The notes under the pieces: generated by a model
The model's input: only the letters and a program-made list of their open reading frames with translations
Database searches by the model: none
Told to the model about the DNA's origin: nothing
Assembly (NCBI GenBank): GCA_027315185.1
Contig: DAHUYO010000006.1
Coordinates: 395 to 64,394, forward strand
From: Acidobacteriota bacterium
Lineage (GTDB): Bacteria > Acidobacteriota > Terriglobia > Terriglobales > SCQP01
Reading direction: 5' to 3'
Length of the DNA: 64,000 nt
Shown here: piece by piece, positions 39,671-49,237 of the stretch
How positions within the stretch are numbered: the first letter of the stretch is position 1
How the letters are laid out: every line of letters starts with the position of its first letter
Position numbers and translations under genes: made by a program

Positions 39671-39926
39671 AGTTGGTTGCGGCCGAAGATGTTACGTTTT
39701 CGCCTTCCCGTATCGGGCCGCCTGTTGGCCGCCACGCAACTGGTTGCGCGCCAGCGGCCGCAGTAGCGATGGCTGGCGGCGACGCTATCGGGGCGAGGCA
39801 GCAGCGCGAAAGGACCCCGCCGCAGTGTTCGGCTTGACCGAAGCCGCTTAGATGCAGCGCTGGGGTAACGAGTTGTCCAGAAACCGGAATAGTAGGGGCC
39901 GGGGTGCGGTGCGGCGCTGGGGGTTG

Positions 39927-40169
39927 CTAGGCGGCAACGCGGGTCAGCAGGCGGCGGAGCAGGGAAGTGAGGGAGACGCCGGCCCAAACGGTTTCCATCA
40001 GCAGAAAACCCCATTGCTGCATGACCACGGCGGAGGCGGCGAGAATGGCGCTGCCGATGAAGTTTAGCAGCAGATAGGAATAGGCGTGCGGCTTCATGGT
40101 CCCGGTCTGGCTGAGCGCAAAGGCGATCAAGACCAAGATCGCGCCAGTGAGTTGAAAGGCTTCGTTCAT
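39927..40169 (-). CDS. Small (80 aa) three-TM membrane protein
   Basis: 'MNEAFQLTGAILVLIAFALSQTGTMKPHAYSYLLLNFIGSAILAASAVVMQQWGFLLMETVWAGVSLTSLL' has a clean hydrophobic periodicity. It resembles the CBU_0592-type small membrane protein family (from memory). Confidence 0.5.
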   Translation of the reverse strand: MNEAFQLTGAILVLIAFALSQTGTMKPHAYSYLLLNFIGSAILAASAVVMQQWGFLLMETVWAGVSLTSLLRRLLTRVAA

Positions 40170-40617
40170 GGTGGTGGCTCGGAGGGCGCGCCAGGACGAT
40201 TTTCGGCTCCGGACGCTGTTGCCTCAGTTTGCACCACAGCAGCGCAAGCGGCGCAGCCGCTCAGTTTCTTACGGTCCATCCATGGCAGGGCTGCGCCGTG
40301 GCGGTGGGGCGCGGCGTGGCCGCTGGTTTTCAGCGTGGGCGCGAAGGTACCGGCAACGCTTGGCTGGGCCAAGGGTGGTGGTAGGAGGGCCGACGGGATT
40401 GGCCGAGCCCAGCGGGGCGAGTGTGGCGCCTGCCCGGCGTCTTCACTCTGGCGAAATCAGGATCTCAGGCAATCGCCGGCAAATGGCGGCACCGCCGATC
40501 GGGCGGAATGCGCCCCCTTGAGATATTTGTAAACTGTTTATATTCAATGATTTAATCCGGTGTTCTGCGGGATCGCGGACGGGCGGCGAGAAGGCGAAAT
40601 AATTTTTGCAAAAATAA

Positions 40618-40647
40618 TTGACATCATCGCAGTCATGTTTTTATCAT
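40618..40647 (+). promoter_or_regulatory. Sigma70-type promoter candidate for hsp20: TTGACA-N18-TATCAT
   Basis: TTGACA at 40618-40623 and TATCAT at 40642-40647, in a conspicuously AT-rich island (about 40520-40680). GGAGG at 40673-77 precedes the ATG at 40684. Confidence 0.4.
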
Positions 40648-40683
40648 TCACTTGTAGTCAGATTATCACTTGGAGGAACCGCC

Positions 40684-41097
40684 ATGACCACTTTGCTCAA
40701 TCTGGATTTTCCCTTTACCGCTCTGGATGGACTGTTTGCTCCCCGGCTTCGCCCCGAGACGGCGACGATGGAATGGACGCCACGGACGGCGATCCACGAA
40801 GGCGAGCACGAGTTCACGCTGGAGTTGGATGTGCCCGGAGTGCAGCAACAAGACATCGAGTTGCAGGTGGAACAAAACCAGCTGACGATCCGCGGCGAGC
40901 GCAAGCCCTCGGCGGCGCTGGACAGCTACCGACGGGTCGAGCCCAGCTTTGGGACGTTCAGCCGCACATTCGCGCTGCCGGATTCGGTGAACAAGGACGC
41001 GATCTCGGCGAAGTTGGAAGCCGGCGTGCTGCGCGTCACGTTGCCGCAACGGGAGGAGACCAAGCCGCGGCGCATCGAAGTGAAGGCCAGCGCCTGA
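40684..41097 (+). CDS. Hsp20/alpha-crystallin small heat-shock protein
   Basis: 'WTPRTAIHEGEHEFTLELDVPGVQQQDIELQVEQNQLTIRGER...FGTFSRTFALPDSVNKDAISAKLEAGVLRVTLPQ' is a canonical ACD. Confidence 0.9.
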   Translation: MTTLLNLDFPFTALDGLFAPRLRPETATMEWTPRTAIHEGEHEFTLELDVPGVQQQDIELQVEQNQLTIRGERKPSAALDSYRRVEPSFGTFSRTFALPDSVNKDAISAKLEAGVLRVTLPQREETKPRRIEVKASA

Positions 41098-41374
41098 ACC
41101 GAGCTTGCGGAACCGGCGCCCGGCTAAACCATGTTTTCCGCACGGGCGCCATCGCCGGGACGAGAACAGCCCGGCCGGTTATGGTCACTCCATCATTCAC
41201 GGCGCGCCGGGGTGCGCGCGGGCGGCGGCAGGCAGCCACCTGCCGCCGTCATTTTTTGTGCGGGCAACCGCCTGCTCCGTTGCCGGGCCGGGGGCAAGCG
41301 ATGCAGGCGTTGCCGCGAGGACCTAGACTCAAGGCAGGGAGGCACGCTCCGCCGGCGCGGGGCGCGAACGCATA

Positions 41375-44035
41375 GTGCCGATTCGTTTTGACAAACTCAC
41401 GGTGAAATCGCAGGAAGCGCTGGAGGCGGCGCGGTCGCTGGCCGCTGAACACGGGCAAGCGGCCATCGAGCCGCTGCATCTGCTGCTGGCTTTGCTGGCC
41501 GACCGGGAAGGCGTGGTGCTGCCGCTGCTGGCGCGTTTGGGCGCCGACGTCCGCGCCATCACCGCCGACGCGGAGAAGGAACTGGCGCGGCGGCCGCAGG
41601 TGCAAGGCGCCAGCGTGGAGCGGGGGCTGAGCCCGGCGCTGGGGCAGGCGCTGGAGGAGGCGTTCCGCCAGGCGGACAAGTTCAAGGACGAATACGTCTC
41701 CGCCGAGCATCTTTTGCTGGGCATGCTGTCGCTGGAGCGGGATGCGGCGGCGGAGGTGCTGGCGCGGCACGGGGTGACCGCGGACCGGGTGTTGCAGGCG
41801 CTGATGGCGATTCGCGGCAGCCAGCGCATCACCGATCCCAACCCCGAGGGGAAGTTCCAGGCGCTGGAACGGTACGCCCGCGACCTGACGGAGGCGGCGC
41901 GGCAGAACAAGCTGGATCCGGTGATCGGCCGCGACGAGGAGATTCGGCGCGTGGTGCAGGTGCTGTCGCGGCGCACCAAGAACAACCCGGTGCTGATCGG
42001 CGAGCCGGGCGTAGGGAAGACCGCCATCGTGGAAGGGCTGGCGCGGCGCATCGTGGCCGGCGACGTGCCGGAGGCGCTGCGGTCGAAGCGGGTGGTGGCG
42101 CTGGACCTGGGGGCGCTGATCGCCGGAGCGAAGTACCGCGGCGAGTTCGAAGACCGGCTTAAGGCGGTGCTGAAGGAGATCGAGGACTCCGGCGGGCAGA
42201 TCATCCTGTTCATTGACGAACTGCACACGCTGGTGGGGGCGGGTGCGGCGGAAGGCTCGATGGACGCCTCCAACATGCTGAAGCCGGCGCTGGCGCGGGG
42301 CGAACTGCGGGCCATCGGCGCCACCACGCTGAACGAATACAAGAAGCACATCGAGAAAGACGCGGCTCTGGAGCGGCGCTTCCAGCCGGTGTTGGTGGGC
42401 GAGCCGACGGTGGAAGACGCCCTGGCGATTCTGCGCGGCTTGAAGGAACGCTACGAGATTCACCATGGCGTGCGCATTCAGGATGCGGCGCTGGTGGCGG
42501 CGGTGCGGCTGTCGCACCGCTACATCGCGGACCGGTTTCTGCCCGACAAGGCGATTGATCTGGTGGACGAAGCGGCGGCGGCGCTGCGCATGCAGCTGGA
42601 TTCGCGCCCGGCGGAGATCGAGGCGCTGGAGCGGCGGCTGACGCAGCTGGAGATCGAGCGGCAGGCGCTGGCCAAGGAGAAAGATCCCGGTGGGGTGGCC
42701 CGGCGGCAGCAGATCGAGGAGGAGATCGCCAATCTGCGGGAGCGCACCGCGGCGCTGACCGCGCGATGGACGGAGGAGAAGAGCCGGATCCAGCGGGTGC
42801 GGGAGGTGAAGCGGCAGCTGGACACGCTGCAAGGCGAGGAGGAGCAGGCGGAGCGGTCCGGCGACCTGAGCCGCGCGGCGGAGCTGCGCTATGGGCGCCG
42901 CGTGCAGCTGGAGCGGGAACTGGCCGCGGCGCAGCAGGCGCTGGAGGCGGCGGAGAGCGGGAAACGGCTGCTGCGGGAGGAAGTGGGCGAAGAGGATATC
43001 GCCCGCGTGGTGGCGAAATGGACCGGCATTCCGGTGAGCAAGATGCTGGAGAGCGAGACGCAAAAGCTGGTGGCGATGGAGGAGCGTCTGCACCATCGCG
43101 TGGTAGGCCAGAACGCCGCCGTTACCAGCGTCAGCGACGCGATTCGCCGCTCCCGCGCCGGGCTGGGCGACCCGCGCCGCCCAATCGGGTCGTTTCTGTT
43201 TCTGGGCCCCACCGGCGTGGGCAAAACGGAGCTGGCGCGCGCGCTGGCGGAGTTTTTGTTCGACGACGAGCACGCCATGATCCGGCTGGACATGAGCGAA
43301 TACATGGAGAAGCATTCGGTCGCCCGGCTGATCGGCGCGCCGCCGGGATATGTCGGCTATGAGGAGGGCGGGCAGCTGACGGAGCGGGTGCGGCGGCGGC
43401 CCTATTCCGTGGTGCTGCTGGATGAGGTGGAGAAGGCGCACGCGGACGTGTTCCACGTCCTGTTGCAGGTGCTCGACGACGGGCGGCTGACCGACGGTCA
43501 GGGGCGGACGGTGGACTTCCGCAACACCGTGGTGATCATGACCTCCAACCTGGGCAGCCAGGCGATCCGCAGCGGCGATTTCGCCAGCGCCGCGGCCGAG
43601 GCGGAGCTGCGGCGGCGCTTGCAGGAGATGCTGCGCAGCCATTTCCGGCCGGAGTTCTTGAACCGGATTGACGACATCATCATCTTCCATCCGCTGGGCC
43701 GGGAGCAGATCGAGGTGATCATTGACCTGCAACTGGAGCACCTGCGCGGGCTGCTGGCGGCGCGGGACATTCAGTTGGTGCTGGCGCCGTCGGCGCGCGA
43801 GCTGATCCTGGCGCAGGGCTACGACCCGGAATACGGGGCACGGCCGTTGAAGCGGGCGTTGCAGCGGCTGGTGCAAAATCCCTTGGCGTCGGCGCTGCTG
43901 AAAGGCGACATCCGGCCGGGCAGCGTGGTCGAGGCGGCAGCGGGCGCGAGCGGCGAACTGGCGTTCCGGACGGCGGCGGCGCAGGAAGCAGCCCCTGCGG
44001 CGGAAGGGGGCAAGCGCGCGGCGCGGCCGAAGTAG
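41375..44035 (+). CDS. clpB: ATP-dependent chaperone/disaggregase ClpB
   Basis: GTG start. Clp_N '[15 protein letters not shown]'. Two AAA+ modules with Walker A 'GEPGVGKT' and 'GPTGVGKT'. Long coiled-coil M-domain between them. Confidence 0.95.
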   Translation: MPIRFDKLTVKSQEALEAARSLAAEHGQAAIEPLHLLLALLADREGVVLPLLARLGADVRAITADAEKELARRPQVQGASVERGLSPALGQALEEAFRQADKFKDEYVSAEHLLLGMLSLERDAAAEVLARHGVTADRVLQALMAIRGSQRITDPNPEGKFQALERYARDLTEAARQNKLDPVIGRDEEIRRVVQVLSRRTKNNPVLIGEPGVGKTAIVEGLARRIVAGDVPEALRSKRVVALDLGALIAGAKYRGEFEDRLKAVLKEIEDSGGQIILFIDELHTLVGAGAAEGSMDASNMLKPALARGELRAIGATTLNEYKKHIEKDAALERRFQPVLVGEPTVEDALAILRGLKERYEIHHGVRIQDAALVAAVRLSHRYIADRFLPDKAIDLVDEAAAALRMQLDSRPAEIEALERRLTQLEIERQALAKEKDPGGVARRQQIEEEIANLRERTAALTARWTEEKSRIQRVREVKRQLDTLQGEEEQAERSGDLSRAAELRYGRRVQLERELAAAQQALEAAESGKRLLREEVGEEDIARVVAKWTGIPVSKMLESETQKLVAMEERLHHRVVGQNAAVTSVSDAIRRSRAGLGDPRRPIGSFLFLGPTGVGKTELARALAEFLFDDEHAMIRLDMSEYMEKHSVARLIGAPPGYVGYEEGGQLTERVRRRPYSVVLLDEVEKAHADVFHVLLQVLDDGRLTDGQGRTVDFRNTVVIMTSNLGSQAIRSGDFASAAAEAELRRRLQEMLRSHFRPEFLNRIDDIIIFHPLGREQIEVIIDLQLEHLRGLLAARDIQLVLAPSARELILAQGYDPEYGARPLKRALQRLVQNPLASALLKGDIRPGSVVEAAAGASGELAFRTAAAQEAAPAAEGGKRAARPK

Positions 44036-44147
44036 GCGGGGAAATGTCACTGGGGAAGGAGGCGGCCTGACCGCCTGAGGTTCGGGCGCCGGGCAGGCCG
44101 GTTCGCCGGCAGTGGCGGCTGGGACCCCGGAATGCGCGGCGGGCGTC

Positions 44148-44564
44148 CTAGCTCTGTGCGGCCTGAGGCGTGGGATGGCCGCCGTTTGGGCCCGGAACGT
44201 TTGCACACTCGATGATGCGCTCCGGGGCGATATGTCCCTCTTCTAGGGCGGCGCGAATCGCCGCTCGTGGACCGCTGCGGAGAAACTGCAGCCCGAGGAA
44301 GCGCGCCGCACGCACCTGAAGGATCGTCATTCCGGCGCAGCGAGCGTCGCGGATCTTACCAATGGTTTCGATTCCCCAATCGCGGCCAACCGCGACATCG
44401 GGCGTTTGGCTCAGGTGACTGCGCAGCAGCTCGACGGCTGCAACCTGGATGCACATTTCGTATTCCGGGCCGAAACCTCCCATCGCGACCGTCCAGATGG
44501 ATTCGCCGGCGTCCCAGCGGCGCACCTGTTCTGCGGCAGTCTCCGCGGCATCTTCCCAGCCCAC
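44148..44564 (-). CDS. Hypothetical cytoplasmic protein (138 aa)
   Basis: ORF with balanced composition, 60 nt downstream of the large OM gene on the same strand. No recognisable motif. Confidence 0.4.
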   Translation of the reverse strand: MGWEDAAETAAEQVRRWDAGESIWTVAMGGFGPEYEMCIQVAAVELLRSHLSQTPDVAVGRDWGIETIGKIRDARCAGMTILQVRAARFLGLQFLRSGPRAAIRAALEEGHIAPERIIECANVPGPNGGHPTPQAAQS

Positions 44565-44623
44565 GGCACCACTGTGCCGCCCAACGGACCCGGAGTCAAA
44601 CGCCGCCCGCCGTGCCGGCCTTA

Positions 44624-47593
44624 TTAGCGGTCCGGCTGCTGACCGGTGCGTGCGCGCAATGCGCGCGGCTTCGGGGGCCCGGCGGCGATGACGAAGTGGT
44701 CGCGGCGATTGGACTGCCAGCAGGACGGGGTATTGGCCGCGCAGAACTGCCGGGTCTTGCCGTGGCCGACGGCGCGGATGCGGCTGGCGGCGACGCCCAG
44801 GCGGATGAGGAAAAGCCGGGCGGCATTGGCGCGGCGCTTGCCCACGATCTGGTTGCCGCGAGCGCTACCGCGAGTGTCGCAGTAGCCGGCGACCAGGACC
44901 GGCACCGCAGGATGCGCCAGCAACCAGATGGCGTCGCGGCGCAGCGTACGGCGGGCGACGGCGTTCAAACTGGAGCGATTGAAGGCAAAGTAGATGTCGG
45001 CCACGTGGCGGCGGAACTTCGCGGCGAGCGATACCGGCCGCGCGCTGGTCCGCGACGTTGGCTTCCCCGCCGTGTGCGTGGCCGCCGGGTGTTTGCGCGC
45101 CGGAGTTGCCGGCGCGGGCGGAGGCGGAACGCCGCCGATGGTTTCCGCGGGTTCCACGGTGGTCTGCACAGCCTCGTGGTTCACGGGAACGGTGAGGCGC
45201 AGGGTCAAATCATGAACGGCGCCGCCGCTGGTGACCACGACCGGGGGTAGGGGCGCCGCCAGCCGCGCGCCCGCGGGCGCGGAATCTAGATCCACGACGG
45301 CGCGGTATTCGCCGGGCAGGACGTCCTGGAAGGAAAACCGCCCGTTCGCGTCGGTGAAGGCATAGAGGCCGGCGCCGGCCGGCTTTCCGGCGCGGCGCAG
45401 GCGCAGCTCGAGTCCCGCCAGCGGTTTGCCGTTGGCGCGCACGGCGCCGCTGACCGAGCCGACGACCTGCAAGGGAATGTTGACCCGCGGCGCCTCGGCT
45501 CCCACCTGAATGAGCCGCGGCCGGGCGTCCGGGGCGCTATATGCCGCAGGGAGATGGTTCATCTCCAGCCCGAGCAGATATTGCCCCGCGCGCACGGCGG
45601 GAAACTCGAACCGGCCCTTGGCGTTGGTGACTGTGGTCCGGCCGCTCAAGCTGACCTCGACGCCGGGCACGCCGCTATCGCCCGCGGTCCAGCGGCCGGT
45701 GCCGGCGCGGTCATTGAAGACGATGCCGCTGACGGTGGTGTAGGTCGGGACCAGACGGTCGGCGTCGCCTTCCGGCAAGCCGGCGAGCATCGGCACGCCG
45801 TGGCCCCAATGGATGGTCTTGGTGAGACGGATAAACAGCGTTTGCTGCGAGAGCGCGGGCAGCAGCGGCACCGGCCCGGCGCCCAGACCGACCAGGACCC
45901 GCGCGGGATTGAGCTGGCTGACCGACGAGTTGTGAATCCACTCGCCGCTGAGCGCGAACTGCCAAGGCAGATGCACGGTGGCGAGCAGCATGACGGTGCG
46001 GTAGGTCTCCAGCGAGAGCGCGGTTTGATCCCGCAGGTCCTTGCCCAACTGCGCCGAGCCGGAGAGCGTGAACCATTGGCCGAACTGCAAATTGCCGCCG
46101 ATCTGGCCATTCAACGTGGTGGCGCCGCCGGCGGTCTGCTGCAAGCCGACGATGGCGGAGATGCTGTCGCCGCCGAGCATGCGGTCTTGTTCGAGCTCTT
46201 CGGTATGCACCGTGGAGTTGCCGCTAGGCTGGGTCGAAGTCGAGACCCAATCTTGATAGCGCAAATAGGTGCGGTTGTCGCCATAGGAGCGCCCCGCCTG
46301 GAGTTGCGCCGTGGTCAGGCCCAGGCTGGGGCCTTGCGCGCCGCTCACGGGGGAGATTTGGCCCCGCGTGGCGCTGGCCAGCAGACTGTAGCCGTCGCCG
46401 GGATTGATGCTGACCGCGCCGCTGGTAGTGAAGGCGTCGGAGTTGGCGAAGGGCGAGGTGCCGAGGCCGCCGGCGTGATAATCCGCCAGCGAGGTGGAAA
46501 GGCTCCAGAGCGTGCTGGGATGGAGGTCAATGCTGGCGTAGGCGCCGCTGCGATCGCCGCTGATGACGTTGGCCAAGGGCAGATAATCCGCGCCCTCGCG
46601 CAGGGCGTAGGCCTGAATGTCGAATTTCGGGCGACTGACGATGGGACCAAAATAATAGGAGAGATCGTTCTGGGACTTGGCGCCGGGCGCGGCGGTCTGC
46701 CGTGCGCGGGAAAGAGAGACTTCGCCCAGCCAGTCGGCGTGTTTGCCCAAACGGTAATCGCCGTCCAGATAGAAGTTGTCGGCGCTGGCGGGCGGCTGGC
46801 CGAGCACCGGGGCCAGGAGGCTGGGAGCGGCGAGGCTGCGGGTGCGGAAATACCGCGCCTCCAGCGTCAGCGGGCCGCGGCCGGTCCATAGCAATTGCGC
46901 GCCGCTCAATTCGCTGGGCGAGGAGGTGAAGAACGGCAGGTAGGGGCCCTCCTGGATGAGTTCGCGGCCGGCGAAGGCGGTGAAGCGCAGGCCGGCGAAG
47001 CGATACTCCGCGGCGCCGCCGGAAAGATAGACGTCCGGGGAATAGAGGCTGCCGAAGTGCAGCGGCATGCGATCGGTGGCGAAGTTCAGCGTGCCGGCGC
47101 GCAGGAACCAGCGGCCGCCGGCGAAGGGGAGATTGCGCCAGGCCGCCAGGTTATTGCCGTTTTGCCAGGTGGATCCGTCGGTGGCGGAATCGAAGGAGAG
47201 GGTGAGCAGGCCGTCGGAGCCGAAGCTCTGCTGAAAATTCGCCAGCCAGCCGACTTGGGTTGGGCCGACGCCGGGCGTGCCGGCCACGGCGTTGCCGCTT
47301 TGGCTGAGGACTTCGGTGCCGACCTCGACTTCTCCCGCGTTGGGCTGCTGCGCCCGCGCGGCGCCGGCCAATAACAGCAGCACGGCTGTCGCGGCGAGCC
47401 AGTACCGCGAAACCACCGCCAGCCGCGCGGGCCAGCCGGGGAATGACCGGACGAGCCGTCGTGCGGGGGCAAGCCGCCGCGGCGCAGGGCCGAGCGGCGG
47501 GAGCGACCGGTGCGCGAGTTGGCTATTGCGTGGCTCCATGAGGGGGGGCGGCGGGAGATGCGGCGGAAGCGGCGGCGGCATTGCCGGTTGCAA
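44624..47593 (-). CDS. Large outer-membrane protein: N-terminal beta-barrel-like region + two CarboxypepD_reg-like domains + C-terminal OmpA-like peptidoglycan-binding domain (alternative start 47539)
   Basis: Signal peptide '...YWLAATAVLLLLAGAARAQQ'. Barrel-like alternating segments over ~550 aa. 'VSGIVFNDRAG...TNAKGRFEFPAVRAGQYLL' and 'VSGAVRANGKPLAG...TDANGRFSFQDVLPGEYRAVV'. OmpA_C 'IYFAFNRSSLNAVARRTL...VLVAGYCDTRGSARGNQIVGKRRANAARLFLIRLGV'. Confidence 0.75.
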   Translation of the reverse strand: MQPAMPPPLPPHLPPPPLMEPRNSQLAHRSLPPLGPAPRRLAPARRLVRSFPGWPARLAVVSRYWLAATAVLLLLAGAARAQQPNAGEVEVGTEVLSQSGNAVAGTPGVGPTQVGWLANFQQSFGSDGLLTLSFDSATDGSTWQNGNNLAAWRNLPFAGGRWFLRAGTLNFATDRMPLHFGSLYSPDVYLSGGAAEYRFAGLRFTAFAGRELIQEGPYLPFFTSSPSELSGAQLLWTGRGPLTLEARYFRTRSLAAPSLLAPVLGQPPASADNFYLDGDYRLGKHADWLGEVSLSRARQTAAPGAKSQNDLSYYFGPIVSRPKFDIQAYALREGADYLPLANVISGDRSGAYASIDLHPSTLWSLSTSLADYHAGGLGTSPFANSDAFTTSGAVSINPGDGYSLLASATRGQISPVSGAQGPSLGLTTAQLQAGRSYGDNRTYLRYQDWVSTSTQPSGNSTVHTEELEQDRMLGGDSISAIVGLQQTAGGATTLNGQIGGNLQFGQWFTLSGSAQLGKDLRDQTALSLETYRTVMLLATVHLPWQFALSGEWIHNSSVSQLNPARVLVGLGAGPVPLLPALSQQTLFIRLTKTIHWGHGVPMLAGLPEGDADRLVPTYTTVSGIVFNDRAGTGRWTAGDSGVPGVEVSLSGRTTVTNAKGRFEFPAVRAGQYLLGLEMNHLPAAYSAPDARPRLIQVGAEAPRVNIPLQVVGSVSGAVRANGKPLAGLELRLRRAGKPAGAGLYAFTDANGRFSFQDVLPGEYRAVVDLDSAPAGARLAAPLPPVVVTSGGAVHDLTLRLTVPVNHEAVQTTVEPAETIGGVPPPPAPATPARKHPAATHTAGKPTSRTSARPVSLAAKFRRHVADIYFAFNRSSLNAVARRTLRRDAIWLLAHPAVPVLVAGYCDTRGSARGNQIVGKRRANAARLFLIRLGVAASRIRAVGHGKTRQFCAANTPSCWQSNRRDHFVIAAGPPKPRALRARTGQQPDR

Positions 47594-48473
47594 CGGGGCC
47601 GATCACCACGTTTTTCTCGATTTGCTGAATCGCCGGCAGACCCATTTCGACGCGGGCGCGGAGCTGATAGGCGCCGGGGCCGGGCGGCGATTGCAGCGCG
47701 AAGCGCAGCAGACGCGTCGTCGCGGGCAGCACGACTTGGCTGCCAATGGGAAACGAGGCGATCGGTTGGCCGCCGACGCCGATGAGTTCCGTGGTGCCGC
47801 TGGCGCGGAAAAACGTCGTGCCGGTGTTGGCGATCAGCAGGCGCAGCTGCCAATGATGGCCGGAGCCGGCGGGCGGCGCCAAGGAAATGTCGGCCAACCG
47901 CCCCGCCACCGTGGGATGACCGACAGTGATGTACAGAATGGAGGCCATGCGCACGCGGGTGAAGATCTGGCTTTGGGCGCCCGGGCGCCGCAATGGGGCG
48001 CTGGTGAACAAGATTGAGGTGTTGCAGCCCTGCGCCGACGTTCCGGCGGGAACCTGAATGGTGTAGCGAATGGTCTCGGTTTGCCCCGGCGCGACCACGA
48101 ACTCGGCGGGGTTGATCTGCAGCCAGGCGGCGCAGCCGGCGCTAGCCGCCGGATCGCCGCGCATGGGGAAAATCGGGGTGCCGCGCGGCGACAGGCTCCA
48201 GTCGCTGGTCCGCGCCGTCATCGGCACGGGCACCGTGCCCAAGTTGGAAACATGCGCGGCGTCGGTGAGGGAGCCGCCGGAGGGCAAGTGGTAGGCCATG
48301 CGCAGCGGGTCCACGCCCAATTGCACCGCCTGTGCCGCCGCCGTCGCGGTGAAGGCGCCGAGGCTCGCGCCGATGAGCGCCGCCGCCAGCATCGCGCGGC
48401 GGCCGGGACGGCGGGCGCGGCTACGGCGTGGCCAGGGTGAAAGTGACGGTTTGCGAATAAGTTCCAGGCGCAT
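47523..48473 (-). CDS. Secreted Ig-fold protein, candidate periplasmic pilus chaperone (start 48473 or 48392)
   Basis: Signal 'RRSRARRPGRRAMLAAALIGASLGAFTATAAAQA'. PapD-like layout: 'VQLGVDPLRMAYHLPSGGSLTDAAHVSNLGTVPVPM' then 'LQINPAEFVVAPGQTETIRYTIQVP', with a second beta domain. Sits between the small subunit gene and the OM protein gene. Confidence 0.4.
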   Translation of the reverse strand: MRLELIRKPSLSPWPRRSRARRPGRRAMLAAALIGASLGAFTATAAAQAVQLGVDPLRMAYHLPSGGSLTDAAHVSNLGTVPVPMTARTSDWSLSPRGTPIFPMRGDPAASAGCAAWLQINPAEFVVAPGQTETIRYTIQVPAGTSAQGCNTSILFTSAPLRRPGAQSQIFTRVRMASILYITVGHPTVAGRLADISLAPPAGSGHHWQLRLLIANTGTTFFRASGTTELIGVGGQPIASFPIGSQVVLPATTRLLRFALQSPPGPGAYQLRARVEMGLPAIQQIEKNVVIGPVATGNAAAASAASPAAPPHGATQ

Positions 48474-49038
48474 AGTTCCAGGAATCGTGAAACACGAGGT
48501 TGCACGTGACGTTGGCGGAGAATAAAAAGCCCGTGCCCTCGGTGCCGCTGGCCGTGGTGGCGGCGGTGGCGGAGAGGGCGGTCGAGCCATTGGGAGTGGT
48601 GATGGTTCCGTTGTTGCCAGCGACGGTGCCCGTGCTGGTCCAGGTGACGGCGCTGACGGGAATGGCGGTCGGTCCGCCGGTGAAATTGGGAGCGTTGGCC
48701 GCCAGGCTGAGGGTCCAGTTGGTGTTGGCGGCGGGACGGAAGATCATCAGACGGACCGCGACCGCTGCCGAGCCGGGCACCAGCGGCTGGCTCGCGGGAT
48801 CGGTGGCGTTGAAGCTGACCGCATTCGGGGTGACGAAGATACGGCCTCGGCCGCCCCTGCCGCCACCGCGCAACATGCGCGCCGCCCGCGCCGCGGTGGC
48901 TGCTGCGACGCCGTGCGATGCGGCCGTCGCGCCGCCGGGGCGGACCCCCGGACCAGCCCGGCCGCCGCGCTGCGCCAGCGCCGGAACAGCCAGCGCCAGG
49001 GCGCAGAGAACGGCGAGATGGAGGCGGGGGATGGACAT
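48421..49038 (-). CDS. Secreted pilin-like subunit P3 (Gly/Arg-rich linker + beta domain ending ...PGTYSQTVTFTLATP)
   Basis: Signal 'MSIPRLHLAVLCALALAVPALAQ'. The C-terminal motif is shared with P1 and P2. Confidence 0.5.
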   Translation of the reverse strand: MSIPRLHLAVLCALALAVPALAQRGGRAGPGVRPGGATAASHGVAAATAARAARMLRGGGRGGRGRIFVTPNAVSFNATDPASQPLVPGSAAVAVRLMIFRPAANTNWTLSLAANAPNFTGGPTAIPVSAVTWTSTGTVAGNNGTITTPNGSTALSATAATTASGTEGTGFLFSANVTCNLVFHDSWNYAPGTYSQTVTFTLATP

Positions 49039-49170
49039 GACAAAACGCTGGGCTCCGGCGGGGCGCAACCTGCCCGCCGGAGCTGGCGCAGCCGCGCTAC
49101 AGCGGGCCGCGGCTGAACTTGGGTGCAGGTTCGGGATCTTGGTTGATGCGGGTCGCCTCTCCTGGTTGAA

Positions 49171-49186
49171 AGCAATTTTCTTGCCA
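49171..49186 (-). promoter_or_regulatory. Sigma54 (-24/-12) promoter TGGCAAGAAAATTGCT in front of the P3-chaperone-OM protein genes
   Basis: The minus-strand read matches TGGCAC-N5-TTGCW at 15 of 16 defined/spaced positions, with correct GG...GC spacing. It lies about 130 nt upstream of the ATG at 49038. Confidence 0.6.
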
Positions 49187-49194
49187 AAACGAGC

Positions 49195-49220
49195 GCCGCG
49201 CCGCCCGTGGGCGGCGCGGC
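49195..49220 (-). terminator. Intrinsic terminator after P1: GCCGCGCCGCC-loop-GGCGGCGCGGC followed by GCTCGTTTT
   Basis: GC-rich stem of 11-12 bp, 18 nt downstream of the P1 stop. The T-run merges into the -24 element of the next promoter. Confidence 0.5.
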
Positions 49221-49237
49221 CGGATGGCGGACGCTGG

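Noticed and set aside
41249-44206. 985-aa ORF antisense to clpB
   Set aside because: clpB is unambiguous, with two AAA+ modules. The antisense product is Arg/Gln/Pro/Leu-rich nonsense.
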